Positions 49,021 to 59,813 are shown, counted from the stretch's first letter. The stretch is 64,000 nucleotides of DNA from Candidatus Methanomethylicia archaeon (GCA_038727515.1 JAVYVS010000001.1:288001-352000); one strand, 5' to 3'. The notes: generated from the sequence alone by a model not told the origin. Numbers and translations are program-made.

Positions 49021-50067
49021 TTATTTTTCAGCTATGAATATCCTAGTCCTCAAATCACCATGTAAAACATATCTTTCATGTAGTATGTTAAATCCAGCTG
49101 TGAGGAGGGCTTTACGCATAACACCCTCCTTTAAAGTTATTATAACAAGTCTTCCACCATCATTCATACATTTATAAGCTTCAGATGCAAAAAGTGAGTA
49201 AAGCTTTTTAACACCAATTTTAGGATCCATCCTAATTCCATATGGAGGATTGGATACAATCCTATCAATACCACGAATAAAATCAGAAAGACGGGTGCAA
49301 TCACCTTTCATTAGAGTTATAAGATTGGATACTCCAGCAGCTTCAGCATTAGCTTTAGCGCCTTCAATAAACCTCTCATTAATATCTAAACCATAAAGCT
49401 TAAGTTTAGAACCCATATGTAGAGCAGCTTCAATCAATATAGTTCCACCACCAACCATAGGATCTACAAACACATTTCCTTCCAATGGATTTGAAAGTCT
49501 AACCATACCATAAGCAATGGTAGGTCTTAAAGCAGCTGGATGTTCAAAAACCCTATAACCACGCTTATGCAGAGATTCCCTACTTATAGAAATTTCAACA
49601 ATACATTTATCATGAACTACATCAACAATAAATTCAACATCAAAACCCTCTAAATCAACCTTATTTCCACATTTATCAACTATAGCTTGACCAGCAACCC
49701 TCTGAATATCTATAGAAGTATAATCATGCACACCAATTCTCTCACTAGTAACCCTAAAACTTGCATTGGGAGGTAGGAAATCCCTTAAATCCATAGAGTA
49801 AATAGTATTATAAATTTCATTTAAACCATCTTTAGAAGTTGAAACAGTGAAAATAGAAATATGCCTCCTAATATGATGTATAGACCTCAAACTAAAAACA
49901 TCATTAATATTTGAATCAGGGATATCAGCTAAAACTCTACCTTGAATATTTAAAGGCTTTAAAACAACATCTAAAGAACGAAATTTCTCTTTTAATTCAA
50001 GTTCCACAATATCCTCTAAACCAGGTGGACAAGTAAACATCAACTTCATAGAAACCACATAGATCAT
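49021..50067 (-). CDS. trm14: THUMP-domain tRNA m2G methyltransferase (Trm14-like)
   Basis: PGLED, FRVTSERIG.H, SLHKRGYRV..HPAAL, DPMVGGGTI, SNPPYG. Confidence 0.8.
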   Translation of the reverse strand: MIYVVSMKLMFTCPPGLEDIVELELKEKFRSLDVVLKPLNIQGRVLADIPDSNINDVFSLRSIHHIRRHISIFTVSTSKDGLNEIYNTIYSMDLRDFLPPNASFRVTSERIGVHDYTSIDIQRVAGQAIVDKCGNKVDLEGFDVEFIVDVVHDKCIVEISISRESLHKRGYRVFEHPAALRPTIAYGMVRLSNPLEGNVFVDPMVGGGTILIEAALHMGSKLKLYGLDINERFIEGAKANAEAAGVSNLITLMKGDCTRLSDFIRGIDRIVSNPPYGIRMDPKIGVKKLYSLFASEAYKCMNDGGRLVIITLKEGVMRKALLTAGFNILHERYVLHGDLRTRIFIAEK

Positions 50068-50855
50068 TTACCAACGAATTTCTCAGATTCCTCTTTAACA
50101 CGTTTAATCTTCTTTGAAACATCACTTGGTAGAGCAACATCTTCAACTCTTTCACTAACCCTACCAATAATTTCAAGTCCAACATAAGGTTCAATATTAA
50201 TCTCATGCAGATGTAAAGAATGTTGAGTTTGCCTCATCTTCTCAATGATAAGATACCTCTTAAGTTGACCACCACGTATAAAACGTCTAAATCTAATAAT
50301 ACCATCAGCAACATGCTCTAAACCCCAACCAAAAGCTTCAGAAGTAGTTATAGCATACTGTGAAGTGGCAAAAATAGTGAAATCCCATTTATAGAGAACC
50401 TTCTTAACATAATATGAATATCTCCTAGCCATAGCAGGTTTATCAAGCCAAAATGCACTCATAGAATCAATTACAAGTCTAGCTCTCCCATAACCCAAAA
50501 CCCTTTTAGCCTCTAAAACTTTATTTACAAGTTCATCAATAGTAAGAACATTCAAACTCCATTGATCTTCTTTACCCATTAATGCATCAATAATTATAAG
50601 CTTACCATCATCAATATAATTAGAGAATTTAAATCCAAATTGCTCAGCTTGTCTAATAATAGACTCTCTGGATTCCTCAGTGGTAACATAAATACATTTA
50701 TCACCATCTAAAACTCCACGATTAATAAAATGTATACATAAAATAGTTTTACCAGTACCAGGCTCACCAGTTACAGCTACAAAAAACCCCCTAGGAATAC
50801 CACCTTCAAGAATTTCATCTAAACCTTTAATTCCAGTGGATAATCTTTCAATCAT
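50064..50855 (-). CDS. Second single-domain KaiC-like ATPase
   Basis: GEPGTGKT, TTEES, IDSMSAFWLDKPAMAR, EHVADGII, EKMRQT. Confidence 0.9.
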   Translation of the reverse strand: MIERLSTGIKGLDEILEGGIPRGFFVAVTGEPGTGKTILCIHFINRGVLDGDKCIYVTTEESRESIIRQAEQFGFKFSNYIDDGKLIIIDALMGKEDQWSLNVLTIDELVNKVLEAKRVLGYGRARLVIDSMSAFWLDKPAMARRYSYYVKKVLYKWDFTIFATSQYAITTSEAFGWGLEHVADGIIRFRRFIRGGQLKRYLIIEKMRQTQHSLHLHEINIEPYVGLEIIGRVSERVEDVALPSDVSKKIKRVKEESEKFVGK

Positions 50856-50954
50856 TAAATATACAATAATAAAATAAACACATAAAACTTCCTAGGTAAA
50901 CATCTTTTAATGAAAACAGTATTTCATGAGATTCTTTATAAATAAATTTTTCAA

Positions 50955-52208
50955 ATGAAGTTAGAAGGTGAAATAATGGAAATATGGAAAATGGCCTTTA
51001 GAAATATTAGTAGAAGAAAGTTGAGGACTACATTAACAGTTTTAGGAATAGTTGTTGGAGTAAGTTTAATGTTAGCATTATTTTCATTGGTTTCAGGAAT
51101 GGATGTAAGAGTAACACAAATGGTTAGAGCTTTAGGTGGAGCAGACATAACAATATACAATGCCACATTTCCTGGAAGAGGAGGACAACCTTTCGGTGGT
51201 TTTGGAACAATAATGCGGGGGACACTACCAATAGAATTATTACAACAAATAAATCAAATACCAGGGGTATACATTGCTTCACCACAATTATCCTTCATGG
51301 GCTATCTTGGATCATCAAGGATAACAATTTATGGGATAGATCCTTCAACATATGATGAAGTTACTGGAGGATTAAACATAATTGAGGGGAGGGGATTAAA
51401 ACAAGAAGATAAAAATAAAATAGTTCTTGGAAAAACAATAGTCGAAGCATTAAATATAACTATTGGAAGTAAAGTTAAAATTGGGATATCAGCAACAGAA
51501 CAAGAAGATTTTGAAGTTGTAGGAGTATTTGAAACTGGAGTGATGTTTCAAGAAAATGCTGGATATATAACGTTAGAAGATGCACAAAGATTAACAGGTT
51601 ATATGGGACAAATAAGTCAAATACTTGTGAAATGTGAAGACCCATATATAGTTAGTGAAGTTGCAAACACAATATCAAATCTTATACCTGGAGTCAGAAT
51701 TACAACACCTACAGCCATGATAACACAAGCCACACAACTACTGAATACATTAACCATGTTCTTTGCAACAATAGGCTTAGTAGCACTATTAGCTGGAAGC
51801 TTCGGTGTAATGAATACTATGTTTATGGCTATATCCGAAAGAACACGTGAAATTGGAATATTAAAAGCCATAGGAGCAAGAAATAGAGAAATCTTGAAGA
51901 TGTTTCTAGCAGAAGCAATAATTATAGGAGCTCTAGGTGGAGGAATAGGGATAATTATAGGTGCAATCATAACATACATATTACCAATGTTTATACCAGG
52001 ATTCATAGGGATAGCCCCATTCATTGGTGGAACTACCGCTAGAGGTATTAGACAAATTAGAACAACACAAACATTTACACCAACACTAACACCCATAAAT
52101 ATTGCATTATGTTTCTCACTTGGAGTACTTGTAGGATTATTAGCTGGATTATATCCAGCCTGGAGAGCTTCAAAAATGAAACCTGTGGAGGCATTAAGAC
52201 ATGTATAA
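50955..52208 (+). CDS. MacB/FtsX-family ABC permease
   Basis: RRKLRTTLTVLGIVVG, MNTM...ERTREIGILKAIGA, GLYPAWRASKMKPVEALR. Confidence 0.92.
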   Translation: MKLEGEIMEIWKMAFRNISRRKLRTTLTVLGIVVGVSLMLALFSLVSGMDVRVTQMVRALGGADITIYNATFPGRGGQPFGGFGTIMRGTLPIELLQQINQIPGVYIASPQLSFMGYLGSSRITIYGIDPSTYDEVTGGLNIIEGRGLKQEDKNKIVLGKTIVEALNITIGSKVKIGISATEQEDFEVVGVFETGVMFQENAGYITLEDAQRLTGYMGQISQILVKCEDPYIVSEVANTISNLIPGVRITTPTAMITQATQLLNTLTMFFATIGLVALLAGSFGVMNTMFMAISERTREIGILKAIGARNREILKMFLAEAIIIGALGGGIGIIIGAIITYILPMFIPGFIGIAPFIGGTTARGIRQIRTTQTFTPTLTPINIALCFSLGVLVGLLAGLYPAWRASKMKPVEALRHV

Positions 52209-52890
52209 AGGTAAAAGTATTGTAAAAGTAATCAATCTAGTGAAGATATACAAACGCGGTAAAATAGAAGTACCAGCATTAAGAGGCATAAATTTAGAGA
52301 TACCTACAGGAAAAATAATTGGGATAGCTGGACCCTCAGGATCTGGGAAAACTACAATGCTAAACATTATAGGAGGATTAGATACCCCTACGAAGGGTAA
52401 AGTATACGTAGATGATATAGATATAACCACATTAAATGAAAAAGAATTATCTGAATATAGATTGAAAAAAGTGGGATTTATTTTTCAATTTCACAATTTA
52501 ATACCGGTATTAACTGCATTAGAAAATGTTGAAGTACCAATGATATTATCAAAGATACCAAAGGAGGAAAGAAAGAGGAGGGCTATGGAATTATTGAAAA
52601 TGGTTGGACTTGAAGATAGAGTAAACCATAAACCAGATGAAATGAGTGGAGGAGAACAACAGAGGGTAGCTATAGCAAGAGCATTAGCCAATGATCCATC
52701 AATAATATTAGCAGATGAACCCACAGGAAACATAGATACTGACACTACAATAAAAATAATGAATCTAATAGTAAACTTGAATAAACATATGAATAAGACA
52801 TTTATAATAGCAACCCACGATCCAATAGTTATGGAAAAGTGTGAGAAAGTACATAAAATAAGGGATGGAAGAATACTAGAGGAAACTTGA
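52201..52890 (+). CDS. LolD/MacB-type ABC ATP-binding protein
   Basis: GPSGSGKT, FIFQ, MSGGEQQRVAIARAL, ADEPTGN. Confidence 0.93.
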   Translation: MYKGKSIVKVINLVKIYKRGKIEVPALRGINLEIPTGKIIGIAGPSGSGKTTMLNIIGGLDTPTKGKVYVDDIDITTLNEKELSEYRLKKVGFIFQFHNLIPVLTALENVEVPMILSKIPKEERKRRAMELLKMVGLEDRVNHKPDEMSGGEQQRVAIARALANDPSIILADEPTGNIDTDTTIKIMNLIVNLNKHMNKTFIIATHDPIVMEKCEKVHKIRDGRILEET

Positions 52891-53015
52891 AACCAACAAT
52901 TTCAACATTATTAATCTTAATCAAAATACCCATACTAAATAAATCACAAAATTTAAAGATTCTATAGGAATAATCAAGTACAATACCCTAGCATTATTGT
53001 CATGGTGAATTTACC

Positions 53016-54224
53016 ATGATAATTACAAAGGAAGAAGAAATGATGCTTAATGGAGAAAGAGGTGAAGGTGTTCAAAAAGCTATGGAGATAATTGTAGCTT
53101 TAGGTAAAATATATGGTGCTAAAAATCTCATAAAAATTGAGAGTGCACATATATCAGGTGTAAGTTATAAGAATTTAGGGGATGAAGGATTAGAATTCCT
53201 AGAGGAGATAGCTAATACTGGGGTTAAAGTAAGTGTGAAAACCACATTAAATCCTGCTGGAATAGATTTAGATTTCTGGGAAACCCTTGGATTTAAAAGA
53301 GATTTTGCTGAAAAACAGATTAAGATAATTAAAGCCTATGAGAAAATGGGTGTTAAAACTACATGTACATGTACACCATATCTTACTGAGAATAAACCAA
53401 ATTTGGGAAAACATGTAGCTTGGGGTGAATCATCAGCAATAATATATGTAAATTCAGTTTTAGGAGCTAGAACTAATAGGGAAAGTGGTATATCAGCATT
53501 AGCATCAGCAATAACCGGTAGAACTGCAAATTATGGATTACATTTAGACGAAAATAGATTAGCAGATTATAAGATAAATGTTAAATGTGAAGTAAAGGGG
53601 ATATCTGATTTTGGAGCTTTAGGATATCTCATTGGTAAAAAAATAGGTAATAAAATTCCATATATTATTGGTGTAAAAAGTGCAAGTTTAGATGAATTGA
53701 AAGCTTTGGGAGCAGCTATGGCTGCAAGTGGAGCCATAGGATTATTTCATATAGAAGGGATTACACCTGAAACAAACATGAAGAATATGATTAAAGAAAA
53801 CATAGAAGAAATAGAAATCACAAGTTTAAAGGAAGCTTATGAAACATTGAATTCCGACGTTAAAGATATAGATCTTGTAAGTATTGGATGTCCACATACA
53901 TCAATTAATGAAATAACTGAAATAGCTAGATTAATTAGGGGAAGAAAGATTAAAACAGAACTTTGGATAACAACATCTAGATACTTATACAATGAAGCAA
54001 AAAAGCAAGGATTAATAGATGTTATAAATGAAGCTGGTGGAAAAGTTATTAGGGATACATGTATAATTGTAGCTCCAATAGAAGATTTAGGCTTTAAAAC
54101 ATTAGCTACAAATAGTGGTAAAATGGCTCTACTCGCACCATTACACTCAAAAGTTAAAGTTAGATTTGGAAATCTAAATCAATGTATAAAAGCAGCTTTA
54201 GAGGGGGAGTGGATTGATAATTAA
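53016..54224 (+). CDS. Aconitase X large subunit (probable phosphomevalonate dehydratase)
   Basis: HISGVSYKN, TTLNP, TCTCTPY, WGESSA, GARTNRE, GCPH, DTC, TNSGK. Confidence 0.88.
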   Translation: MIITKEEEMMLNGERGEGVQKAMEIIVALGKIYGAKNLIKIESAHISGVSYKNLGDEGLEFLEEIANTGVKVSVKTTLNPAGIDLDFWETLGFKRDFAEKQIKIIKAYEKMGVKTTCTCTPYLTENKPNLGKHVAWGESSAIIYVNSVLGARTNRESGISALASAITGRTANYGLHLDENRLADYKINVKCEVKGISDFGALGYLIGKKIGNKIPYIIGVKSASLDELKALGAAMAASGAIGLFHIEGITPETNMKNMIKENIEEIEITSLKEAYETLNSDVKDIDLVSIGCPHTSINEITEIARLIRGRKIKTELWITTSRYLYNEAKKQGLIDVINEAGGKVIRDTCIIVAPIEDLGFKTLATNSGKMALLAPLHSKVKVRFGNLNQCIKAALEGEWIDN

Positions 54225-54600
54225 AGGTAGAATTATAAAAGCGGGAAATGTTGAAGGAGAAGCATTAGTTTCCATGGAGCCAATAGCATTCTTTGGAGGA
54301 GTAGATCCAGAAACGGGGAAAATAATTGAGAGAAATCATCCATTGGAAGGGGAAATTATAAGTGGGAAAATACTTGTATTCCCACATGGGAAAGGGTCTA
54401 CTGTTGGAACATATATACTATATAGAATGAAAAAGAAGGGCACAGCACCTAAAGCAATAATAAATGAAGAATGTGAACCAATAATAGCTGTTGGAACAAT
54501 AATATCAGATATACCATGTATAGATAAAGTGGATATAAAGAAAATTAAAAGTGGAGATAAAATAAGAATTGAAGGAGACACCATATACGTAAATGAATAA
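54214..54600 (+). CDS. Aconitase X small/swiveling subunit (DUF126)
   Basis: GGVDPETG, HPL.G, GKGSTVG; overlaps the large subunit. Confidence 0.88.
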   Translation: MIIKGRIIKAGNVEGEALVSMEPIAFFGGVDPETGKIIERNHPLEGEIISGKILVFPHGKGSTVGTYILYRMKKKGTAPKAIINEECEPIIAVGTIISDIPCIDKVDIKKIKSGDKIRIEGDTIYVNE

Positions 54601-54631
54601 ATAGTTTAATAGTTTAAGTTAACATTAAAAA

Positions 54632-55711
54632 TTATAGTTTGGATTTAACTACATCCTCAAGATTTTTGAGCATTTCGTATATATCCTTGAATTCAATATA
54701 CCCCATATTACCTATTCTAAAGGTTTTATCCTTTATCTTTCCATATCCATGTGCTAATTCAAAACCTCTTTCCCTCATGACTTCATACACTTCATCTCCA
54801 GTCATACCCTTAGGAGCATTAATACAACTTACAGTTGGACTTTCAAATCCTTTACGTGGAAATAGTGTTAAACCAATTTTCTGAACACCTTCACGTATAA
54901 TCCTATTTCTCTCACGATAAAGCTCAAAATAATTGTATTTGCCACCCCATTCATCCCTTATAATTTTTAGAATCCTCCTTAAAGCAAGCATTTGAGGTAT
55001 TGGTGGAGTAGTTGGCGTAGAAAAACGTTCATTATACTTCTTATATAACACAAAATCAAAATACCAACCTTTATTCTTCATATTTGCTGACTTCTTTAAT
55101 GCCAATTCACTTACACTCGCTATAGCTAATCCAGGAGGTATACCAAAACATTTTTGAGAACTTGTAAAACATACATCTATACCCCACCTATCAACTTTAA
55201 TATCAGTTCCACCCATTGAACTAACAGCATCTACAAATAGAAGTTTCCCATGGGATTTAACTACTTCAGCAAGTTTCTCCAATGGATTAATCAACCCTAC
55301 ACTAGTCTCATTATGAGTTATTGCAACAGCTTCCACGTCAGGATTCCTTTTTAAAGCATCATCAAGAAGATCTGGTAAAATAGGTTCACCTAAAGGAACC
55401 TCTAAAACCACAACTTCCCTACCATTAGCCTTAGCCACCTCCACATACCTCTCACCAAAACTTCCATTCACACATATAAGCATCTTCTTCTCAACACAAT
55501 TCCTCACGGAAGCCTCCATAAAACCTGTTCCAGAACTTGGAAAGAAGAAGATTTCACCTTCAGTCTCCAAGAAATCCTTCAATAAAGTTAAAAGCTCAGA
55601 GTGAAGGTCAATGTAATCTTTACTTCTATGACTAAACATCTGTCGACCCATTTCCTCTAAAACTTGAGGATAACATGCCACCGGACCTACAGTAAACAGT
55701 TTCAACTCCAA
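54632..55711 (-). CDS. Class V PLP aminotransferase (alanine-glyoxylate/serine-pyruvate type)
   Basis: FTVGP, SSGTGFME, HNETS, VDAVSS, SSQKC, FRIGNMG. Confidence 0.9.
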   Translation of the reverse strand: MELKLFTVGPVACYPQVLEEMGRQMFSHRSKDYIDLHSELLTLLKDFLETEGEIFFFPSSGTGFMEASVRNCVEKKMLICVNGSFGERYVEVAKANGREVVVLEVPLGEPILPDLLDDALKRNPDVEAVAITHNETSVGLINPLEKLAEVVKSHGKLLFVDAVSSMGGTDIKVDRWGIDVCFTSSQKCFGIPPGLAIASVSELALKKSANMKNKGWYFDFVLYKKYNERFSTPTTPPIPQMLALRRILKIIRDEWGGKYNYFELYRERNRIIREGVQKIGLTLFPRKGFESPTVSCINAPKGMTGDEVYEVMRERGFELAHGYGKIKDKTFRIGNMGYIEFKDIYEMLKNLEDVVKSKL

Positions 55712-55876
55712 TCAAAACACCAAAAAGAATAGATTAAAATGAGTATAAAATGTTAACTATTCACATAAATCAGAACATAAATGAGTGGGAAAAGCACAAC
55801 TTAGGTAAATAGGAGATTCCACATCCCTTTAAATTTTAAACCTTTAAATATTTTGTACATGTAGAGATTATAGGGT

Positions 55877-56545
55877 ATGGTTGTATTGGAATCCTTAAAG
55901 AAAGAATTTCTTAATCTCCTAGATAGAGACTTGGAATTCCGTTACGCAGTTGCTGGTTACCTTGGATTATCTGAAATACTGAAAAAACTTGATTTGCTGG
56001 TTGAAGAACAAGTTAAACTCAGAGAAGAACAAACGAAAATCTTGACTGAAATAACAAGAATATGGACTGAAATAACAAAGATCTGGACTGAAATAGCAAG
56101 ATTAAGGGAAGACTTTAATAGAGCTTTCAAACAATTAGACTCTAGACTTTCTAGAGTTGAACGAACATTAGAAAAAATCACGCTAGAGATTGAAGATGAG
56201 GCTAGAATTATGATTAAATATAGGCTTAAGAATATAGGTTGTGAAATTGATGTTTTTCCAATAATCCTACCAGATTTAGAGATAAATATTTACGGAGCTT
56301 CTGACGAATTATGTATTATCGGCGAAGCTTCTGTTAGAGCTTCTTCAAGCATTATTGATGAAATTAATCGTAATATTGATAAAATGAGAAATCTATATCC
56401 CAATATGCTTAGGCCGAAGATCATTAAAGTTGTTTACACTAGTTTAGCAATGCCTGATTTAATTGAAAGAGCCGAAAAGGAGGGGATATGGGTTTTAAAG
56501 GCCACTGGCGATATCGTTAAGCCTAAGGATTTACCGCTAAATTAA
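55877..56545 (+). CDS. Archaeal coiled-coil protein with PD-(D/E)XK-like C-terminal domain
   Basis: D.EFRYAVAG.LGL.EILKKL, heptad repeats, EINIYG...IGEA, GIWV. Confidence 0.75.
   Translation: MVVLESLKKEFLNLLDRDLEFRYAVAGYLGLSEILKKLDLLVEEQVKLREEQTKILTEITRIWTEITKIWTEIARLREDFNRAFKQLDSRLSRVERTLEKITLEIEDEARIMIKYRLKNIGCEIDVFPIILPDLEINIYGASDELCIIGEASVRASSSIIDEINRNIDKMRNLYPNMLRPKIIKVVYTSLAMPDLIERAEKEGIWVLKATGDIVKPKDLPLN
56045..56104 (+). repeat. 21-bp in-frame tandem repeat, about 3 copies
   Basis: actgaaataacaagaatatgg / actgaaataacaaagatctgg / actgaaatagcaagatta, encoding TEITRIW-TEITKIW-TEIARL. Confidence 0.85.
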
Positions 56546-56780
56546 TTTTGATACACCATTTCCTGGATTAATTATTTCCAACATGTAAACTTAAAATCAT
56601 ATTGAACTTAGGAAACTGGGTAGCTTATTTTTAGTTTTAAATTAAACGTTTTCACAGAGCTATCTCTTCATTTTCTCCCAATAACTATTGAAGTAAAAAT
56701 GAGTTTAATTCTACATAGATAATAGATTTAAAATGGTAAATGTTAAGTGTAATTTTAATTTAATTATTTGAGGGTTCTAA

Positions 56781-57350
56781 ATGTCTATCAAAAAGATCGT
56801 GTATTTCGATGAACCAGGTCCACAAAATACAGATGAAACTTTGAAATTAGCTAAAGAACGTGCAGATGAACTTGGTATAAAGAAGATAATAGTGGCAAGT
56901 ACAACCGGTGAAACTGGAGTAAAAGCTTCAGAAGTATTTAAGGGATACGATCTAATCGTTGTTAGTCACGTGGCATGGTTTAGAGGTCCAGATGTAGAAG
57001 AATTCTCAAAGGAAAATTATGAGAAGATAATTAGAAATGGTGGAAAAGTTGTTACTGCTACACATGCATTTGGAGGTATTGGAAGAGCTATTAGAAGAAA
57101 GTTTAATACTATAGAGGTAGATGAAATCATAGCCAATGTATTAAGGCTTTTCGGTCAAGGGATGAAGGTTGCATGTGAAATAACATGTATGGCTGTAGAT
57201 GCTGGATATGTAAAGCCCGGGGAAGAAGTTATTAGTATTGCTGGAACTGGTAGAGGAGCGGATACAGCAATAGTAATAAAGGCGGCAAATACACATGAAT
57301 TCTTTGAAACAAAAATAAAGGAGATAATATGTAAACCATTAAAAACTTGA
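56781..57350 (+). CDS. Pyruvate-kinase C-terminal-like alpha/beta protein (COG1751-like)
   Basis: YFDEPGPQNT, VASTTGET, FGQGMKVACE, AGTGRGADTA, EIICKP. Confidence 0.85.
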   Translation: MSIKKIVYFDEPGPQNTDETLKLAKERADELGIKKIIVASTTGETGVKASEVFKGYDLIVVSHVAWFRGPDVEEFSKENYEKIIRNGGKVVTATHAFGGIGRAIRRKFNTIEVDEIIANVLRLFGQGMKVACEITCMAVDAGYVKPGEEVISIAGTGRGADTAIVIKAANTHEFFETKIKEIICKPLKT

Positions 57351-57353
57351 AAA

Positions 57354-58103
57354 TCATATTTTTAACAATCTTTTTATATTCTCCCCCATTATAAGCCTTC
57401 TATAATTTTCATCAATACCAGTAAGTTCAATTGTCTTTAACTCAAATTTTATATGTCCAAATGGCATTTGAGAACTAAATAAAAGTCTATTGGGATCCAT
57501 AGTTTCAGGTATACGTTTAAGGAACATATCTATTCCTTGATGTCCACCTCGTAATGGATAAGTTTCTAGGAATAGATTTTGTAGGTTTTGTGACATTGGG
57601 GATCTTGTGGAGAGTATTGCAGCTATAGAGGATTGCCCAGTAATGAAATTAACATTTTGATTCATATATGCTAAGAATACAACTCCTTCCGCTGAATAAA
57701 ATTGAGATGATGAACTCTTAATGTATAATGGTACTTCAAGTTTACCAGCTAATTCAATAACAGGTTTAACTATGGGTGAAGTTATAGAGAAAGATTCATT
57801 TTGTGGATCTATGTATAATGCTTTAAATCCCCATTCAATAATTGCCTTTTTAGCTTTTTCAAATTCAGAAATTCCAAACCATGGATTTAAACGGTAAACA
57901 CCAATTAATCTATCACATTTCTTAGTAGCTTCATAAACATAATTATTACCAGAATCATAGTAGGGTCCAGGTGGAGGTGCAACTACTACAGCCATATCAA
58001 CCATATTTTCATCCATAATCCTCAATAATTCTTCATACGTGAATTTTCCACGTCTAAAATATATGCTTTCACCAATAAATACATGGGCATCTATAACAAC
58101 CAT
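57354..58103 (-). CDS. Amidohydrolase_2-fold protein with degenerate metal site
   Basis: IDAHVF, RLNP and IMGENI resemble the neighbouring gene, but most His/Asp ligands are replaced. Confidence 0.75.
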   Translation of the reverse strand: MVVIDAHVFIGESIYFRRGKFTYEELLRIMDENMVDMAVVVAPPPGPYYDSGNNYVYEATKKCDRLIGVYRLNPWFGISEFEKAKKAIIEWGFKALYIDPQNESFSITSPIVKPVIELAGKLEVPLYIKSSSSQFYSAEGVVFLAYMNQNVNFITGQSSIAAILSTRSPMSQNLQNLFLETYPLRGGHQGIDMFLKRIPETMDPNRLLFSSQMPFGHIKFELKTIELTGIDENYRRLIMGENIKRLLKI

Positions 58104-58876
58104 TATAAACCCCTCCTCTTCTTAATATCATCTAAAATTCTTTTAGCATTCAATCCAAGTATAAGCTCCCTATCTCTATCCGAGAGATCTGCAAGTTTAA
58201 TTTTTAAAGTTTCAAGTTCAATACAGCCCTGAGGGAAATCTGAAGCATACAAAACCTTTTCTGGACCTGCAAGTTCCACTGCTTTCTCAATAGCACTTAT
58301 ACTATGACATAGAGCTGTATCAACATAAACATTATCAAACCATCTAGCTATTAGAATTGCATCCATATAGAAGGATTTACCAAGATGCCCTAAGATTATT
58401 GGAATCTCTGGGAAATGCTCAGCTAAATATCCTACAGCTGTAGGATGTGAATAATCAGCTTCACCAGTATGTAGTAATAGTAATCCACCATACTCCTTAA
58501 GTTTATCCATTATTGGAAAAATTAATTCCCTATTATCAGGTGAAACAGCTTCATTCCTTAGATGTATCTTTATACCCCAAAAACCATTTTTCAATGCCCA
58601 TTCAGCTTCTTCAATAGCTTTAACTCTAAGATGAGGATTAACTCTAGCAACACAATAAAATCTTTCTGGATATTTCCTTTGAACATCCAGTAAAAATAGA
58701 TTTGCTTCACTATAACTCCTATCCCCAGAAATAGATGAGTATGGTGGTGTTGTAATCATAGCAGTCATACCAATATCATCCATAAGCTTAATACGTTCTT
58801 CAGGGGTTACTGGAGGTAAATCTTTACCGGGAGGACCGAAGTGTGTATGTGCATCAATATAAATCAATTCATCCAC
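58103..58876 (-). CDS. Amidohydrolase_2 family metal-dependent hydrolase
   Basis: IDAHTH, GIKIH, LLHTG, ILGHLG, YASDFP, LGLNA. Confidence 0.9.
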   Translation of the reverse strand: MDELIYIDAHTHFGPPGKDLPPVTPEERIKLMDDIGMTAMITTPPYSSISGDRSYSEANLFLLDVQRKYPERFYCVARVNPHLRVKAIEEAEWALKNGFWGIKIHLRNEAVSPDNRELIFPIMDKLKEYGGLLLLHTGEADYSHPTAVGYLAEHFPEIPIILGHLGKSFYMDAILIARWFDNVYVDTALCHSISAIEKAVELAGPEKVLYASDFPQGCIELETLKIKLADLSDRDRELILGLNAKRILDDIKKRRGL

Positions 58877-59723
58877 CCCTCAAAGACTTTAATGCATCTT
58901 CTTCAGAAACATTATGTGATTTTACATTAAAAGTTTTGAAAGCTTCAATAAATTTACAGAACCAATCAACAAGTTCATCCACCAATTTCATACCAAGTTC
59001 AACATTAACCTTAGAAAAATCTTTAACATCTGGAATTACATTTGGCAATACTTCAGTCATAGAACCAGTATCAGAAACATCAGAAGTCTTAAGTGAAATC
59101 CTTATTATACCACCCATAAATCTAGCTGAATTCAAACTTTCAAGTTGAATTTCGTCATGAACTTGCTTTGTGGAGGAAAGTATAGCATAGTTAAGATTTA
59201 CAGCTTCAGGTTTTAAAGCAAGCATTAAAGCTGTTTCAGCATAACCAGCATGAGTTTGAGCAGGTTGACCTAAAATAGTTTTACCCATACCACTAAGAAT
59301 ATCCCACCATTGACAAACAACACATAAAATACCAAACTTTTCACGAGCATACCTACAGACTTCAAGTAATGAATTTAAATTTCCACCATGACCATTAATA
59401 AACAAAACTTTAGAAACACCATGCTTACTTAAAGACTCTAAAATATCCATTAAAACAGCTCTAAAAGTATTTGGAGATAAAGTTATAGTACCCGGGAAAT
59501 CCATATGATGAACTGCAACACCATAAGGTAATACTGGTAGAACTGGAATATTTGTACGTTCACCTACACGCCTAGAAAGCTCCCAAGCAATAATCCAATC
59601 AGTCCCTAAACCAAGATGTAAACCATGCTGCTCAAAAGAACCAACTGGAATAATAACCATTCCAATAGAAGATAAAACCTTACCAGCTTCAATCCAACTC
59701 ATAGCAGAAAGATCATGAGTCAA
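58869..59723 (-). CDS. Creatininase/MftE-family amidohydrolase
   Basis: PVGSFEQHGLHL..GTD, HHMDFPGT, NGHGGN, HAGYAET. Confidence 0.9.
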   Translation of the reverse strand: MTHDLSAMSWIEAGKVLSSIGMVIIPVGSFEQHGLHLGLGTDWIIAWELSRRVGERTNIPVLPVLPYGVAVHHMDFPGTITLSPNTFRAVLMDILESLSKHGVSKVLFINGHGGNLNSLLEVCRYAREKFGILCVVCQWWDILSGMGKTILGQPAQTHAGYAETALMLALKPEAVNLNYAILSSTKQVHDEIQLESLNSARFMGGIIRISLKTSDVSDTGSMTEVLPNVIPDVKDFSKVNVELGMKLVDELVDWFCKFIEAFKTFNVKSHNVSEEDALKSLRGG

Positions 59724-59813
59724 TTAAATCACCATCAACAATTATAACTATAACATCTATTTAACATTTAAAATCTATAATACAGTTTAAATGTAAACGT
59801 AACATAATATTCT

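Noticed and set aside
23911-50855. Two KaiC-like genes as a circadian clock
   Set aside because: Both are single-domain proteins of about 250 aa, typical of widespread archaeal KaiC/RAD55 paralogs; no kaiA or kaiB is present.
53016-54600. AcnX as a hydroxyproline dehydratase linked to HypD
   Set aside because: The two-subunit archaeal form with three Cys motifs is most simply the mevalonate-pathway enzyme. It is 20 kb from hypD, and the AcnX hydroxyproline enzymes act on a different isomer.
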